A DNA stretch of 64,000 nt. Origin: Octopus vulgaris. Its lineage: Eukaryota. The translations under genes were made by a program, and so were the position numbers. This document shows positions 41,201-56,078 of the stretch, in pieces. Every line of letters starts with the position of its first letter. Within the stretch, counting starts at the first letter, position 1. Where the stretch lies: the NCBI GenBank assembly GCA_951406725.2, contig OX597817.1, forward strand, positions 49,228,001 through 49,292,000, given 5' to 3'. The notes below the pieces were generated by a model. That model was not told the DNA's origin. It saw only the letters and a program-made list of their open reading frames with translations, and searched no databases.

Positions 41201-41606
41201 ATATCTGCCTTAAATTTCCTAAAACACCACGCGTATATGTACATTTTTTAAATATCAGAATTTATACCCATACTCTATACAATTTTTCATAACTTCAGAA
41301 GCGTATTTTCTCTGTATTGCTATTGTAATTTCTTTACTGTGAATATAAATCCATATCAATATTTACGAACAGATTTGCTTTGTCCCATAACTTATTCGTC
41401 AGCTCACATGAGGGATGACCACTCTTATTTTCTTTAACGTAAATATGAAAAAAACAGTACACATTCTTCATGAATGTGTTTATAGAAATTGGTTTCAAAC
41501 GACATATAACGAGAAGATGCATAACATCATAATTTTATATAAATAAATATATATATATATACATGTACATATACGCGTGGTGTTTTAGGAAATTTAAGGC
41601 AGATAT
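41201..41606. repeat. Perfect 44-bp inverted repeat with 318-bp spacer
   Basis: atatctgccttaaatttcctaaaacaccacgcgtatatgtacat (41201-41244) and its reverse complement (41563-41606). Confidence 0.9.
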
Positions 41607-42273
41607 GTGTGTTCGTGTGTGTGTATTATGTATGTATGTATATATATATATATGTGAATATATATATATATACATATATATATATACATACATACATAAT
41701 ACACACACACACATAATACACACATATATATATATAATACTTTAATTTATAATGTATTATGTTTTATATTAATTAATAGTTAAAATGGAGGATTTCAGCT
41801 CATCTAATTAAATTCGTAATAACCAGATGCCCATGCAAACGTTCATATATATTCATTAAAAAGAATGTAGCTGAAAGCATCAAAAATTATTAACAGAACG
41901 TACCTCTCATTACCTATAATTTCTGTTAATTATATTACATTAGAAATACCTTGTCGTTGCATTACATAATCGTTTTCTACTCCTTTTAAAATATTTTGTT
42001 TTACATTATTCAATAATGACTATAATACAGCGAAACAAGATAAATATTTATCCCTAACAGAGTTAGAGAGTCATAATTTTTTTTTTTTTAATGTTGATCT
42101 CTATTTTCTTTTTATTATTTTGAAAACTGCTGAAGGCTGTTGATCATTTTGATAAGTTTGTCTTCCATTATTTCCAAAACAAGGTATTCATTCAATCAAA
42201 CTTATACATCACACATTTTCCATTTTGGAGATGAGGAACTGCTTGTTGATCAAAAAAAAATTGATTATACCTA

Positions 42274-42691
42274 GGCGGCGAGCTGGCAGAAACGTTAGCA
42301 CGCCGGGCGAAATGCTTAGAGATATTTCGTCTATCGCTACGTTCTGAGTTCAAATTCCGCTGAGGTCGACTTTGCCTTTCATCCTTTCGGGGTCGATTAA
42401 ATAAGTACCAGTTTCGCACTGGGGGTCGATATAATCGACTTAATCCGTTTGTCTGTCCTTGTTTGTCCTCTCTATGTTTAGCCCCTTGAGGATAGTAAAG
42501 AAATAGGTATTTCGTCTGCCGCTACGTTCTGAGTTCAAATTCCGCCGAGGTCGACTTTGCTTTTCATCCTTTCGGGGTCGATTTAATAAGTACCAGTTAC
42601 GCACTGGGTTCCATATAATCGACTTAATCCGCTTGCCTGTCCTTGTTTGTCTCCTTTATGTTTAGCCCCATGTGGGCAATAAAGGAATAAG
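42274..42691 (+). mobile_element. SINE family B dimer
   Basis: ggcggcgagctggcagaaacgttagcacgccgggcgaaatg head and two body/tail units. Confidence 0.9.
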
Positions 42692-44163
42692 ATTTGGTTA
42701 TTCCTAGCAAGACAAGCGACTGTGTAAAAAGCAGCATCGCTAACTGATGCTTCTACAATAGCAACAAAAGATGGTCATTCATAGAGGTATGTTTTCTGAA
42801 ACGTGTTAAAATAACTCGACTAAAGTTTTATATATACGGCAGAAATCTCAAATACATATTCGTCTCTAAAAGTTAAGAAGAAAATAATTGTTTCTAAAAT
42901 TGCCACAAGGCCAACGATTCTCTGGGGAGGGCGTTAGTCGATCACATATATCCCAGTTGTATCATAACCGCTATTTGTTTTAACGACATTGAAAGAATTA
43001 AAGGTAAACTTGACCTTTGTGGTATTTGAACTCTGAACACGAAGAAATGAAACATTTTTGTCCGACGCGCTAATGTTTCTGCCGACCTTAACGATTCCAG
43101 TAAATTCTAACATAAGCCCATTATTTTTATAGTTGATTCAGTCGAGCGTATAATTAGAGCACAACGCCAGTAATATACATATAAGGGATTGGTCAGTTAC
43201 TCCGACCATAGTATTTGACTTATTCTTCATTTTATCAGCTCCAGGAGGATAGGAGGATGCAAGAGAAAGTTTACCTCGGCAAGATTGGAACTAAGAATGT
43301 GATGAACTGAAAGAAATAACCCAATGGATTTCTCTGACGCTCTCATGGTTCTACAAATTCAAAGCCCTTACCATTGCTTCTTGCATAAGCACAGGGTCAC
43401 CAATTTGCAAGAGGTGGGGAACGGTCGATTATATTAGTTTCAAACTTTGGTACGAGACTAGCTATTTAGGAGGAGGGGTTAAGTTGATTATGTCGACCTT
43501 AGTGTTCAACTAGTACTTATTTTATCAACCCCGAAAGGGTGAAACGCAAAGCTGACCCCGGCAGCATCTGAACCTAAAACGTAAACCAATATTTATTGAT
43601 TATGCTAGGGATCATGAGTTAGTTTCGATTCCTGTCACAAAGATTAATGGAAGGGGCAAATGTCACGCCAAGACTATTTCGAACAGGTAACTCATTATGT
43701 AAAAGTACAAAACGCCAATAGCCTGATGTGTTTGTCGTTGGACGTACTTTTCTAAAACGTGAAATTGGAATGTTAAGTATCAAATACATAATTTCTAGTA
43801 CAGGAATACAATTCTCAGGTGTGAAAAGATACAATATCATAGCAAACCAAAGAAAAACATTGTTGTGACACATGCAATGGTGTAACATAAATTCTAGCAT
43901 TAAGGAAAAACTCTCTCTGGGAAATTATATTTGCCCCACACAACGAGACAAATAAAAAACACTTTAAAAATCAATGTATACTCAAATATTCAATGATGAA
44001 AAATTTTCATCTTCAAACGTCATACATAAAACACTACTATGTATGTATGTATGTATGTATGTATGTATGTATGTATCTATCTATCTATCTATCTGTGTAT
44101 GTATGTATGTACGTATGTATGTATATATGTATATATATGTATACATGTGTGTATGTAAAGATG

Positions 44164-44194
<31 letters not shown>

Positions 44195-44295
44195 GATAAT
44201 AATAATAATATTGGGGAGTTTAACTCCAAACTTACAGGGAAAAATTCGATTTATTAATAAATCAAATTTCACAATATATATATATATATATACAC

Positions 44296-44347
<52 letters not shown>

Positions 44348-44383
44348 GGTCCCGGGTTGAGTCGGGGTTAACCACAGTAAATA

Positions 44384-44444
44384 ATTTATTTTATAGAAGG
44401 AGCTTCTATATACAATATATAGAAGCTCCTTCTATAAAATAAAT
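44384..44444. repeat. 29-bp-arm hairpin whose arms are themselves hairpins
   Basis: atttattttatagaaggagcttctatata-caa-tatatagaagctccttctataaaataaat. Confidence 0.85.
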
Positions 44445-44450
44445 AAATAA

Positions 44451-44557
<107 letters not shown>

Positions 44558-44660
44558 GGAGTAAACACATAAATGTGAAACAAGGTGGAAAAAAAGAGTA
44601 CTCAAATACCAGTGGTAGAGTAATATGCTTTATTTTAAGCAGCAGAAAATTCAACAAAAT

Positions 44661-44698
44661 CTGTTACTCTGAGTTTCTCGTTGCCGTTCATCAGACAG
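44661..44698 (-). ncRNA. Hammerhead ribozyme motif, family H6 (mirror copy)
   Basis: Exact reverse complement of 44722-44759. Confidence 0.8.
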
Positions 44699-44721
44699 TT
44701 TTTGCTAGAATCTAGCAAAAA

Positions 44722-44759
44722 CTGTCTGATGAACGGCAACGAGAAACTCAGAGTAACAG
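44722..44759 (+). ncRNA. Minimal hammerhead ribozyme motif, family H6 (canonical core)
   Basis: ctgt-CTGATGA-a-cg-gcaa-cg-a-GAAAC-tcaga-GTA-acag: helix I ctgt/acag, GNRA-capped mini helix II, near-palindromic helix III ACTC-A-GAGT. Confidence 0.8.
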
Positions 44760-44791
44760 ATTTTGTTGAATTTTCTGCTGCTTAAAATAAA

Positions 44792-44885
<94 letters not shown>

Positions 44886-44893
44886 TTATTTAT

Positions 44894-44945
<52 letters not shown>

Positions 44946-44946
44946 T

Positions 44947-45097
44947 GGAGGCGCAATGGCCTAGTGGTTAGGGCAGCGGACTCGCGGTCGTTGGATCGCG
45001 GTTTCGATTCCCAGACCGGGCGTTGTGAGTGTTTATTGAGCGAAAACACCTAAAAACTCCACGAGGCTCCGGTAGGGGGTGTTGATCCCTGCTGTAC
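44947..45097 (+). mobile_element. SINE family C (tRNA-Arg-like head)
   Basis: ggaggcgcaatggcctagtggttagggcagcggactcgcggtcg...gtttcgattccc with A and B boxes, but no closing acceptor stem. Confidence 0.85.
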
Positions 45098-45539
45098 TCT
45101 CTCTCTCTATATATATGTATATATATTTATATATAGATTTATATACATATATATACACGCAAACATTTTTGTATAGATTGACAAATAGTCAGAGAGATAT
45201 AAACATATACGTAAATAAATACATGGTGGGCAGATTATTAGATAAATATATCCTGTGCGTATAGCTATATAAATACGCATAAATATATGAGTGTGAATGT
45301 GTGCGTATGAGTATGTTTACAATATAACACACGAAGAAACAAATACACGTGTGTGTGTGTGTGTGCGCGTATGTGTGTGCATGTAAGTGTGTATATACAT
45401 ATTCATACACAAACATATTAAACACACACACACACATAAACAGGCAAACAAGACAGGAAGAGATAAAGATATAGCTATAAAGATATAGACATACATGGTC
45501 ACACGAATATTTATATATATATATATATATCACCGTGAC

Positions 45540-45793
45540 CGACCAGGCTATCAGATATTGCTACACATCGCTGGTCACAATGCGCTTGGCATTGTTTTAG
45601 CCTTCAAATGACACCACCCCGCTGGCTAAGCGAGCAGGCCAACAGAAGAATGAGTGAAAGAAAGTTGTGGCAGGGATAACCACCACCCCTGCCGGAGCGT
45701 CGTGGAGCTTTAGGTGTTTCCGCTCATTAAACACTCACAACGCCCTGTCTGGGAATCGAAACCGCGATCTAACCACTGGGCCATTGCGCCTCC
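45540..45793 (-). mobile_element. SINE family C
   Basis: The reverse complement begins ggaggcgcaatggcccagtggttag and matches 44947-45070. Confidence 0.85.
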
Positions 45794-45861
45794 ACTATAT
45801 ATATATAACAGAAATAATATATAAATATATGCATATATACATACCTACATATTTGATATAC

Positions 45862-45945
<84 letters not shown>

Positions 45946-46226
45946 GTATATATATGTATATCAAATATAAATCGAAATTCCTCCCCTTGTGTCACAATAT
46001 ATGTATATATCTAAATATAGGTATCTATAGATGAAATGTATTGTGTCTTAATATACACACCTAGCCACACACTCGCACAGGTAAGCACATGGACACGTGT
46101 ATAAATCAATATAATAGAGATACAACGTAAATACATGAAGCACAGACCTATATTTTGTGACATATATATGTGTGTATGTATGTGTATGTATGTGTGTGTA
46201 TATATGTATATATATATATACGTCTG

Positions 46227-46279
<53 letters not shown>

Positions 46280-46343
46280 GTATGAATGTATGCATATATA
46301 TGTATAAGTATATATATATGTGTGCGTGTGCATATATATTTGC

Positions 46344-46392
<49 letters not shown>

Positions 46393-47134
46393 ACCACATT
46401 CATATATATCCGCATGCATTCTGCACACATATATTCCATACATACACTCACACATGCATATTTGTCATAAAGAAATTCATACGTATACATGTATGCATTT
46501 GCATATACAATCATGCCAGTATGTATGTTATATATGTGCATATATATGTTATATATGTGCATATGTATGTTATGTATGTGCATATGTATGTATGTATGCA
46601 TGTATGTATGCATGTATGTATGTATATATGTATGTATGTAATTATGCATGTATGTATATATTACGTTTTCGGACAGATTATGCAAGGGTCTCTTATCAGA
46701 AACCTACAGCAATTTAGTGTCAGTTGTGGGCCAAAGATATGGATTTGTGGAGGCCCCTGGATAAAAGATCTGTGGAGGCCCCTAGACAAAGGATCTGTGG
46801 TGGCCCTGACTAATAGATAAATTCGAGGATAATGTCAAAAGCAATGACAACTTTATATTTTTTTCACATATGCAATAAAACTTGTCAAATGAATCGGGTT
46901 TGTAGAGTCACATGCGTTTCAAAGGGGACTGTCTTCGAAATTAAAGAGGTTGATTTATTCTGAACAAAAGTTGCAGTCCCTATGCCTAAGTTTATAAGCT
47001 CCACTTGTGCAGACGTAGTTAACTGACCACGGAAATAAAACGTCTCATATAAAATCAGTCCTGAGTGGAAAAAGCACTACCAACAATATAGACAGTAACA
47101 ACTGAATTGATTATGTGGTTTATATATATATATA

Positions 47135-47232
<98 letters not shown>

Positions 47233-47421
47233 AAGACACTTGAAGCATGCACATGCGTCTATTACTTATTTTATGTATCTTCGATCGCATTCTTAACGTA
47301 GTGGTCATCATATACGTCGTAATTACAATGTTGGCACTGAATTCTATAGAATATCTGTTGGAAAACTTAAAAAGAGTATATATATATACATACAAATATA
47401 TATATACATACATATATATAC

Positions 47422-47468
<47 letters not shown>

Positions 47469-47620
47469 CCCAGTTGCTAAAATAATATTTGAAAATAGAT
47501 TAATTTTTCAAATTCCCTAGTAACGTTGCTAAAAATTCGATGAAAACTCGTGGAAAATGTGTGCATACAAAAACACCCCACCTCAAACACACATGCATTT
47601 ACACACACATACAAACACAA

Positions 47621-47731
<111 letters not shown>

Positions 47732-48035
47732 CACAGGTATTCGTCTAAAACTCTATTGATATCTAAATTATGCCTATTTCTGCCATTCATATCTGCATCA
47801 TTTATGTAAGAAATAGTTTATTACTTAATTCCATATCTTTTTACGTATATGTATATGTGTGTGCCTCGTCGTCCAAATGAGCAATCAAGACTATCACCAT
47901 TATTTAACGTCTGTCATCCATGCTACCATGGTTGGACCAAAACGTAAGACTTTTCCATTTTTCCCGGGCGTCAAACGAATACACTTGTTCCTTCACCTGT
48001 CTTCGTTTTTGTTATTCTATAAATCTGAATTCTAT

Positions 48036-48121
<86 letters not shown>

Positions 48122-48122
48122 G

Positions 48123-48205
<83 letters not shown>

Positions 48206-48717
48206 CTCTATCTATCTATCTGCCTGTCTGTCTATGTATCCGTCATGTAAGCATAGTAGTTATTCATCTCTGCACATATGTATGAGCTGCCTCTTACTTT
48301 TGTTGTATGCGTCTGAAGAGTTCTAATTAGACGGAAACATGATCGGTGTCCTCATACTTTCTGAATATCAAATTCATTCATCATATTTCTTTTTTGTAAT
48401 ATGTAATATATTTCATTATGTAAAATACACAAGTATCCCCTCCCATCTGTATTCTATTTTTAGCGAGTTTTTCATTTAGTAAAATCATTTTTCTTGATGC
48501 TGATGAAGAAATTCCAATCAATTGACATATTTTTCATTAGTATCACAAATGCATTAGCACCTATCTTACTGTAATTCCCAAACACACAAGCAATCACGTA
48601 CGCGTATAACTGTGCAGGCGTGCATACATAAATGCAACAATGCATGCATACACATATGCACAGATATGCACGGTCGAACAATTATGAATGATGATGATGT
48701 ATGAGTATATATATATA

Positions 48718-48798
<81 letters not shown>

Positions 48799-48874
48799 CA
48801 TACATATATATGTATATATACTTATATATACATACATACATGCATACATACATACATACATACACATATATATA

Positions 48875-49102
48875 TAGTAACCCTTGCTATATCTTGGTTC
48901 ACACATCGCGGTTTATTATTTAAGCCTACGTCGAATCCTCCGTGGTGTTGATTAGTATTTATAACAAAATAAATATATATATATATAAATTATAAAAATA
49001 ATGATGAAAATATACAGTACAGTACTGTTTCTACTTCGCGGATTTTCCCTTATCGCATGGTGTTTTTGGAACGTAACAACCGCGATAAACGAGGGATTAC
49101 AG
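48875..49102. mobile_element. Decayed pogo/Tigger-like MITE
   Basis: Imperfect inverted ends tagtaacccttgctatatc / cgcgataaacgagggattac. Confidence 0.4.
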
Positions 49103-49369
49103 AATATGAAAAAAATCTGTTTGCTCCCTAAAGGGTTTGCTTTTTGATTTATTTTCTTAATTCGTGATTGAAGAACTTTCATACATATGTGTATGTGCGA
49201 GCACACATACACACACACACACACACACGTATAAATACAGACACATACATACACACACGCACAGACACATACACACCAACATATATATATATATATATAT
49301 ATATTAATTTACTCTGCTATGTATTGAGTACCTTATTTACTGTGGTTAACCCCGACTCAACCCGGGACC

Positions 49370-49489
<120 letters not shown>

Positions 49490-49686
49490 CATAGACACAC
49501 AGAGGCACAGACACACACACATATATATGTATGCTTGTAAGTATGAATGTGTTTGAAATGAAAAAGTTGACAAGGGAATCGGTAATTACATAATCAGTTT
49601 CATTAACTTACACATGTTTATTTTAACAGCAGGTTATTAGTATCGCTACGCCTATGCGAAATCTTAACATATATACATATGCATAC

Positions 49687-49732
<46 letters not shown>

Positions 49733-49745
49733 CCATATATATATG

Positions 49746-49819
<74 letters not shown>

Positions 49820-50064
49820 ATGTATACAGAGACATGATGCCTTCATACGTGTAAATATATATGCTCCTGCATATAATTTTTCAATATGGGATATTAATTA
49901 TATATCAGATTTTGTGTTTGAAAGAGTGTATTTGGTGACACAAAATAATTCGTATATCCTTGTCGCAAATATATATTTTAGTTTTTCCTAAACAATTTAT
50001 ACATTTGTATAGCGATGCTGTTCATAAATTGTTTATTTACCTACCTAAATGTGTGTGTATACAC

Positions 50065-50099
<35 letters not shown>

Positions 50100-50131
50100 G
50101 ATAGATAGATAGAGATATATAAACACGCACG

Positions 50132-50194
<63 letters not shown>

Positions 50195-50261
50195 CTAGAT
50201 GGATATAGATATATAAACCTACACACACATATATAGATATATATGTATGTATGTATGAATT

Positions 50262-50293
<32 letters not shown>

Positions 50294-50298
50294 TATAA

Positions 50299-50358
<60 letters not shown>

Positions 50359-50407
50359 AATGTATGTATGTACTTATGTATGTATATCCATGTATTTATA
50401 TATATAT

Positions 50408-50572
50408 CGAGATGGCAGAATCGGTAGCACGCCGGGCAAAAAGCTTAGTGGTTTTTCGTCCGTCTTTACATTCTGAGTTCAAATTCCGCCGAGGTCGACT
50501 TTGCTTTTCATCCTTTCTGGGTCGATAAATTAAGTACCAGTGAAACACCTCCACCCCACAAATTTCAGGCCC
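50408..50572 (+). mobile_element. SINE family B
   Basis: tggcagaatcggtagcacgccgggc...ttctgagttcaaattccgccgaggtcgactttg. Confidence 0.85.
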
Positions 50573-50589
50573 TGCTTTGTACCTATGCA

Positions 50590-50681
<92 letters not shown>

Positions 50682-50682
<1 letters not shown>

Positions 50683-51050
50683 TCGCAGTATCGCCCGGCG
50701 TTGCTCGGGTTTGTAAGGGAAATAGCTATATAAGCATTATTAGAGAGTTATAGCCAAAAATAGCAAAAAAAATGCATTAAAAATGATTGACTCATCGTAG
50801 ACATTTCTAGAGAGTTACTTCCCTTATATAATAGCGAAAAAAATGCATTAAAATGGAAAAAAATGATGGTAATTTTTTTTTTAATCGTAGACTCATCGTA
50901 GACTCGCGCTAATACCCAGAAGGGCTCGATATGAATCACGACTATAAGATACCCGGTTTTGGTTAAACTGCACCGCAAAATGTGGGAATAGTTAGGAATC
51001 TAAATCGTAGGAGACAGACACTCAGACAACTTCACTTTTATATATAAAGA
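50682..51050 (-). mobile_element. Non-autonomous Helitron-like element
   Basis: The minus strand starts a|TCtttatatataaaag and ends with hairpin cccgagcaacgccggg then cgatactg-CGAG|t (a CTAG variant); A/T target with no TSD. Confidence 0.75.
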
Positions 51051-51986
51051 TATATATATACATGTATGTATACACACACACATATATAGACTTGAAATAT
51101 ATTTTTATTCTTGATTTAAATATAAAAAGCTGATGTTTTCATATTTTTTATCGTTTACACACTCAATTCCTAGGGCTTTGACGACGCTGGAGCACTACTT
51201 TGAATTAGGCGAACAACTCGATCTCAAATACTTATTTTAAAGTATGTTTCTTAGCCTCTCTTTTTATCTCACGTCTTTACCGAACCGCTCAGTTATGGTG
51301 AAGTGAAGAAACTACTACCACTTATCAAACGACGGTGGGGTGCAAATACAAACACGCACATACACAAACGCATATACACACATGGATACATATATACATA
51401 CATAGATACATAAATACACACAGGTACACGTACATATGTTTGTATATATATATATATGCGTGAATATGTGTGAGTATGTATGAATATATATACATATACA
51501 TATATATACATATAGATACACACATACATACTCACGCACACAAACACACACATTCACACACACACACATACACTTACATACACATACATACACAAATGAA
51601 CTCAACAAGCTTCCCCAAATTTTCCGACTATCAAATTCTCTCTCAAGACAATTATCGATCCGACGCTATAGCAGAAGACACTCGACCAACATGCTGCGCT
51701 GTGGAAGTGAACTCAAAATTTCGTGGTTATCCATCGAACTACTTAACCATACATCCATACCAGCTATATAAATACCCCTTCTATGGTTACGATAATGTTT
51801 ATATTATGTACACAAGTCACACTGCTCTGATAATAATTTTTTCATAATCATAATCTTGAAAGTATAACTTATATATATATATATATATATATATAGGGAA
51901 AATTCACAAAAAAAAACAAAAGACGAAGACAGGTGGTGTAGAAAACAAATAGATGTATTAGTATAACGCTCGGGAATTGAAAAAGT

Positions 51987-52022
51987 CTTTAACGTTTCGA
52001 GCCTACGCTCTTCCACAGAAAG
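51987..52022 (-). ncRNA. Minimal hammerhead-like motif, family H5 (CUGUGGA core)
   Basis: Minus strand cttt-CTGTGGA-a-gagc-gtag-gctc-GAAAC-GTT-aaag. The element (51896-52068) ends at (TA)n, and a terminal fragment of it lies at about 8965-9022. Confidence 0.6.
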
Positions 52023-52065
52023 GAACACAGAAAGAAACAGGGAGATAAAAAAAATGTGTGTAGTG

Positions 52066-52193
52066 GCCGAACCGCTAAGTTTCGGGGACGTAAACACACC
52101 AACATCGGTTGCCAAGCGATGGCGAGGGGACAAATACAGACAGACACACACACGCACACACACACACGTACATACACATACATACACACATAA

Positions 52194-52245
<52 letters not shown>

Positions 52246-52392
52246 GACGAGCTTCTTTCAGTTTCCGTCTACCAAATCTACTCACAAAGCTTTGATCAGC
52301 CTGACGCTATAGCAGAAGACACTTGCCCAAGGTGCCACGCAGGGGACTGAACCTGGGAATCAATCTTCTCACCACATAAACACGCCTGCGCC
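52066..52392 (-). mobile_element. SINE family A, 3'-truncated
   Basis: Colinear with 13558-13822. Confidence 0.85.
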
Positions 52393-52840
52393 TGTATATA
52401 TGCATGCATTTCAAACAGAACTGTGTCTAATCTGGTGGATAGTCAGACTTATTCTGAAGCAGCATCTTCATCCTAATAATATTGTCTAATACTGGCAATA
52501 TCGAATATATTTGATACGTAGTTAACATAGCATAAGTTTAAAATACGAACAACAGCAAAGTACCGAAGGATAGAAATTATATTTTGAGTTCGAGTCCAAC
52601 TGGAACCGGTTTTACCTTTCATCTGTCTTGAGCGGATAGACTAACAAATATTTGCATGCAGATTGAAGACCTCGTGGAAATTGTGAGAAATAACTATCTT
52701 GTAATAATTTAAAAAGGCACAGGTGTAGAAATGTCAAAGTACTCCTTTGTAAAATACTTCCTAATGTTTTGCTCTCGGTTACGCGTTAAGCTTTTGCCTG
52801 TCCAGAAGCATTGTCATACGTTTGTCCGAAACATTCAAGC

Positions 52841-53080
52841 TTCAATTCAATTCAATTTTTATTGGCTTCAGAAGGCAATAGGATGGCCATGTAGGGGGAC
52901 AGGGAGGGTGGTCATACAAAGAGTTCAGGCCATTTCTGGTCAAGAGAGACTTTGAACCGAGCGGTCGTCGACATCTTCACTATCTCGTCCGGCAGCTTAT
53001 TCTACGGATCCGCAACCCGGACGGAGAAAGCCCCTCTCCTTCGATTGAGATGAAATCGTCGTAGATAAAGCTTCTCTTCA
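52841..53080 (-). mobile_element. CR1/L2-group LINE 3' end
   Basis: Minus frame KLYLRRFHLNRRRGAFSVRVADP*NKLPDEIV...FKVSLDQKWPELF and an (AATTG)n tail. Confidence 0.7.
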
Positions 53081-53704
53081 GACATTTAGTTTCTCTTTCT
53101 TTCTTACACTCTGAGTAATACTAAGCTGTACTTTCGTAAGACCCAAATTACTCTAATGTTTGATAAAAAAAAAATGGGTATGTGTATCGTAAATGAGGCA
53201 TAGACGGCAGTTAAATATCTCCCGTGTATCACATGTGATACACAAGACAAAGGGTTAAAACACATCGCTGCAGTAAACGTAGCGTTTAATCACTTCTAGC
53301 TTGTTAAAATAAATATCACTTATGTACTACTGGAGTAAATTTAATCAACCCAGACAAATTGTGGTTTATGCCAAAATGAAAGAGATTATCATATTCAGTT
53401 GACACTACTCGATGGAGGCGTGTTGCATGAAACGGTGTAGGACATTTCAGTCACTAGCTTTTGGAAGTCATCGAGTTACTGGGTTCAAATAGTTTTAACG
53501 ACTAGCAATAATGAATTTTGCATTCAATTAATGGGCTTAATGCATTTTAATAAACACTGACCCTGAGGCCAGGGGAAAAAGAACTTTGTTGTATAGAGTT
53601 ACGTCCTAGTCTAGAATTTACTCCCCGAGGGAACAAAGTTATAACCATGTAATATAAAAGACGTTTGTATGTGTGTATGTGTATGTGTGTGTGTGTATGT
53701 GTAA

Positions 53705-53765
<61 letters not shown>

Positions 53766-53788
53766 GTGTGTGTGTATATATGTGTGTG

Positions 53789-53819
<31 letters not shown>

Positions 53820-55023
53820 GATTGATAGTTAGATAGACAGATAAATAGATATATTATACATTTATATATATATATACACTCATATATATATATGTTTATA
53901 TATATATATACACTCATATATATATATGTTTATATATATATGTACATGTATATGTACATATATATTGTATATATACATAAGTGTGTGTAATTGTGTGTGA
54001 GTATTTGTGTGTAGTGGCATTCATATACAATAATGTCATGGTTTAATTATATGGTACTATATGAGGATTTAAATGAAAACTTGTCAAAATATAATCATTA
54101 CATCAAAATATAAGAAAAAAAACTATATATCCCTATTTTTACAATACAAAGAATCCAAGAATGAATTAATTACATTTTAATTAATTGATTCAGCAAATAT
54201 TCGCAGGAACCATTTAATCTACGTAATCTTCATATTGGGATATTATGATAAAAGAAAGGGACCACATTTTGAATTACATGAGTTGGTAGAATCTTTAGCA
54301 CATTGGATAAAATGTTTAGCGGCGTTTCTTCCGTCTTTTTTCGATGAGTTCGAATCTCGCTGAGGTCAGCATTGCCTTTTATCTCTTCGGAATCAGTAAT
54401 GTAAAATATCAGAGAAGTACTTACTGGGGTTTGGAGTTGGATGTAATCGATTGTTCCCTGTTCGAAAATTGAGGGCTTTGAATCCTGATCGGACAGGCGT
54501 CGCGTTCAGAGGGGAATAGAGTGATCTTAGTCAATCATACGCCATACTGAACGAGTAACCAGCTTTATGAGACATCGGGCTCGAGAAGAATACGATAACA
54601 TGTACACGAAAACTATACAGACATACACAAGTATTAAAAAATATGAGGATCTTGAGAAAATTTATTTTAATGGAGTTTCGGTTCTACCCAGGCTTTTGAA
54701 TGAAATATTTTAGCAAGAAATGTTTTTGGAGCTTATCGTATTGGCTGCACCTCCAGTTCAAAGAACCGAATTTGTCGTACAGTATCACGTCACAGAAATT
54801 CTCTTTGTGGTTCACGATAAAATTACACATGGCAGCTGAACATTAAGTCACATGCATGCACATTCAAATTGTATGAGGTTTCTTTGCAGTACAACTGCAA
54901 CATATAACATATATGTATTTATACACAGACACACACACATACACATACACTTGTATATGTATATGAATATATAACTCACACACTCAGACACATAAATATG
55001 TATGCACATATAACATATGTATG

Positions 55024-55076
<53 letters not shown>

Positions 55077-55094
55077 AGTAGATGTATATATGCG

Positions 55095-55133
<39 letters not shown>

Positions 55134-55499
55134 GTATCTATATGCATACATAAAAAAGTACAAATACACACATACGCGCGCGAACATGCACACACAAGCA
55201 CACACACATATATATACGTATTCATGTATGTGTGTTGATACGAATGTGCTTATACATTTTTGGTTCTCTCTTTATATACAAATAAGATAGCTAAACATTA
55301 ATTGATGGATCTCAGAATATGTTGCCATGAAAATGAGACAATTATAGGTCATCGAATGTTAATAGCTCGCCGTATTCGTCACACAGACCAATCTGACGAA
55401 GACAACCAAAGTCGAATCTTTGAAGTCACTGTCAACTTTTAATTGCAAACTCCAGTTGTACATACATGTAGACACGCGCGCACGTGCGGATGAATATGT

Positions 55500-55948
55500 A
55501 TTCTTTTATTCTTTTATTCTTTCATTTGTTTCAGTCATTCGACTCTGGCCATGCTGGAGCATCGCATTCAGTCAAGCAAATCGACGCCAGGACTTATTAA
55601 TTGTGAACCTAGTACTTATTCTAACGATCGCTTTTGCCGATTACGGGGATGTAATCACACCAACATCGGTTGTGAATCGATGGTGGAGAGACAAATTCAG
55701 ACACAGACACATATTCATACACACAATAACACACAGACAGACACACACACGCACACACAATATGCATATATATATATATATATATACGACGAGCTTCTTC
55801 AAGTTTCCGTCTATCAAATCCACTCACAAAACTTTGGTTGGCTTCAGGCTAGAGGCTATAGCAGATATCGGTTGCCCAAGGAGTCACGCAGTGGGACTGA
55901 ACCCAGAACCATGTGGTTGAGAAACAAGCTTCTTACCACACAGCCACA
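55500..55948 (-). mobile_element. SINE family A, near full length
   Basis: Colinear with 13430-13822. Confidence 0.85.
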
Positions 55949-56078
55949 CATAAATGTTTAAATATTATTAAATATGGGTGTATACATATTATTCAAATTT
56001 ACAGAAAACGAAGGACGAAGACAAAAAGGAACAACGAGCTGGGGTATTAGTTTAACGCTCGGCTAGAATAGAAAGGTA

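Noticed and set aside
43619-43900. 93-aa minus-strand ORF in non-repetitive-looking DNA, with a short match to 2824-2843
   Set aside because: No recognisable family; the roughly 20-nt AT-rich match may be chance.
44947-45020. tRNA-Arg-like sequence
   Set aside because: The acceptor stem does not close and it continues into a SINE body, so it is a SINE head and not a tRNA gene.
46735-46810. Three copies of a roughly 25-bp unit (gatctgtggaggccc)
   Set aside because: A short minisatellite with no further supporting structure.
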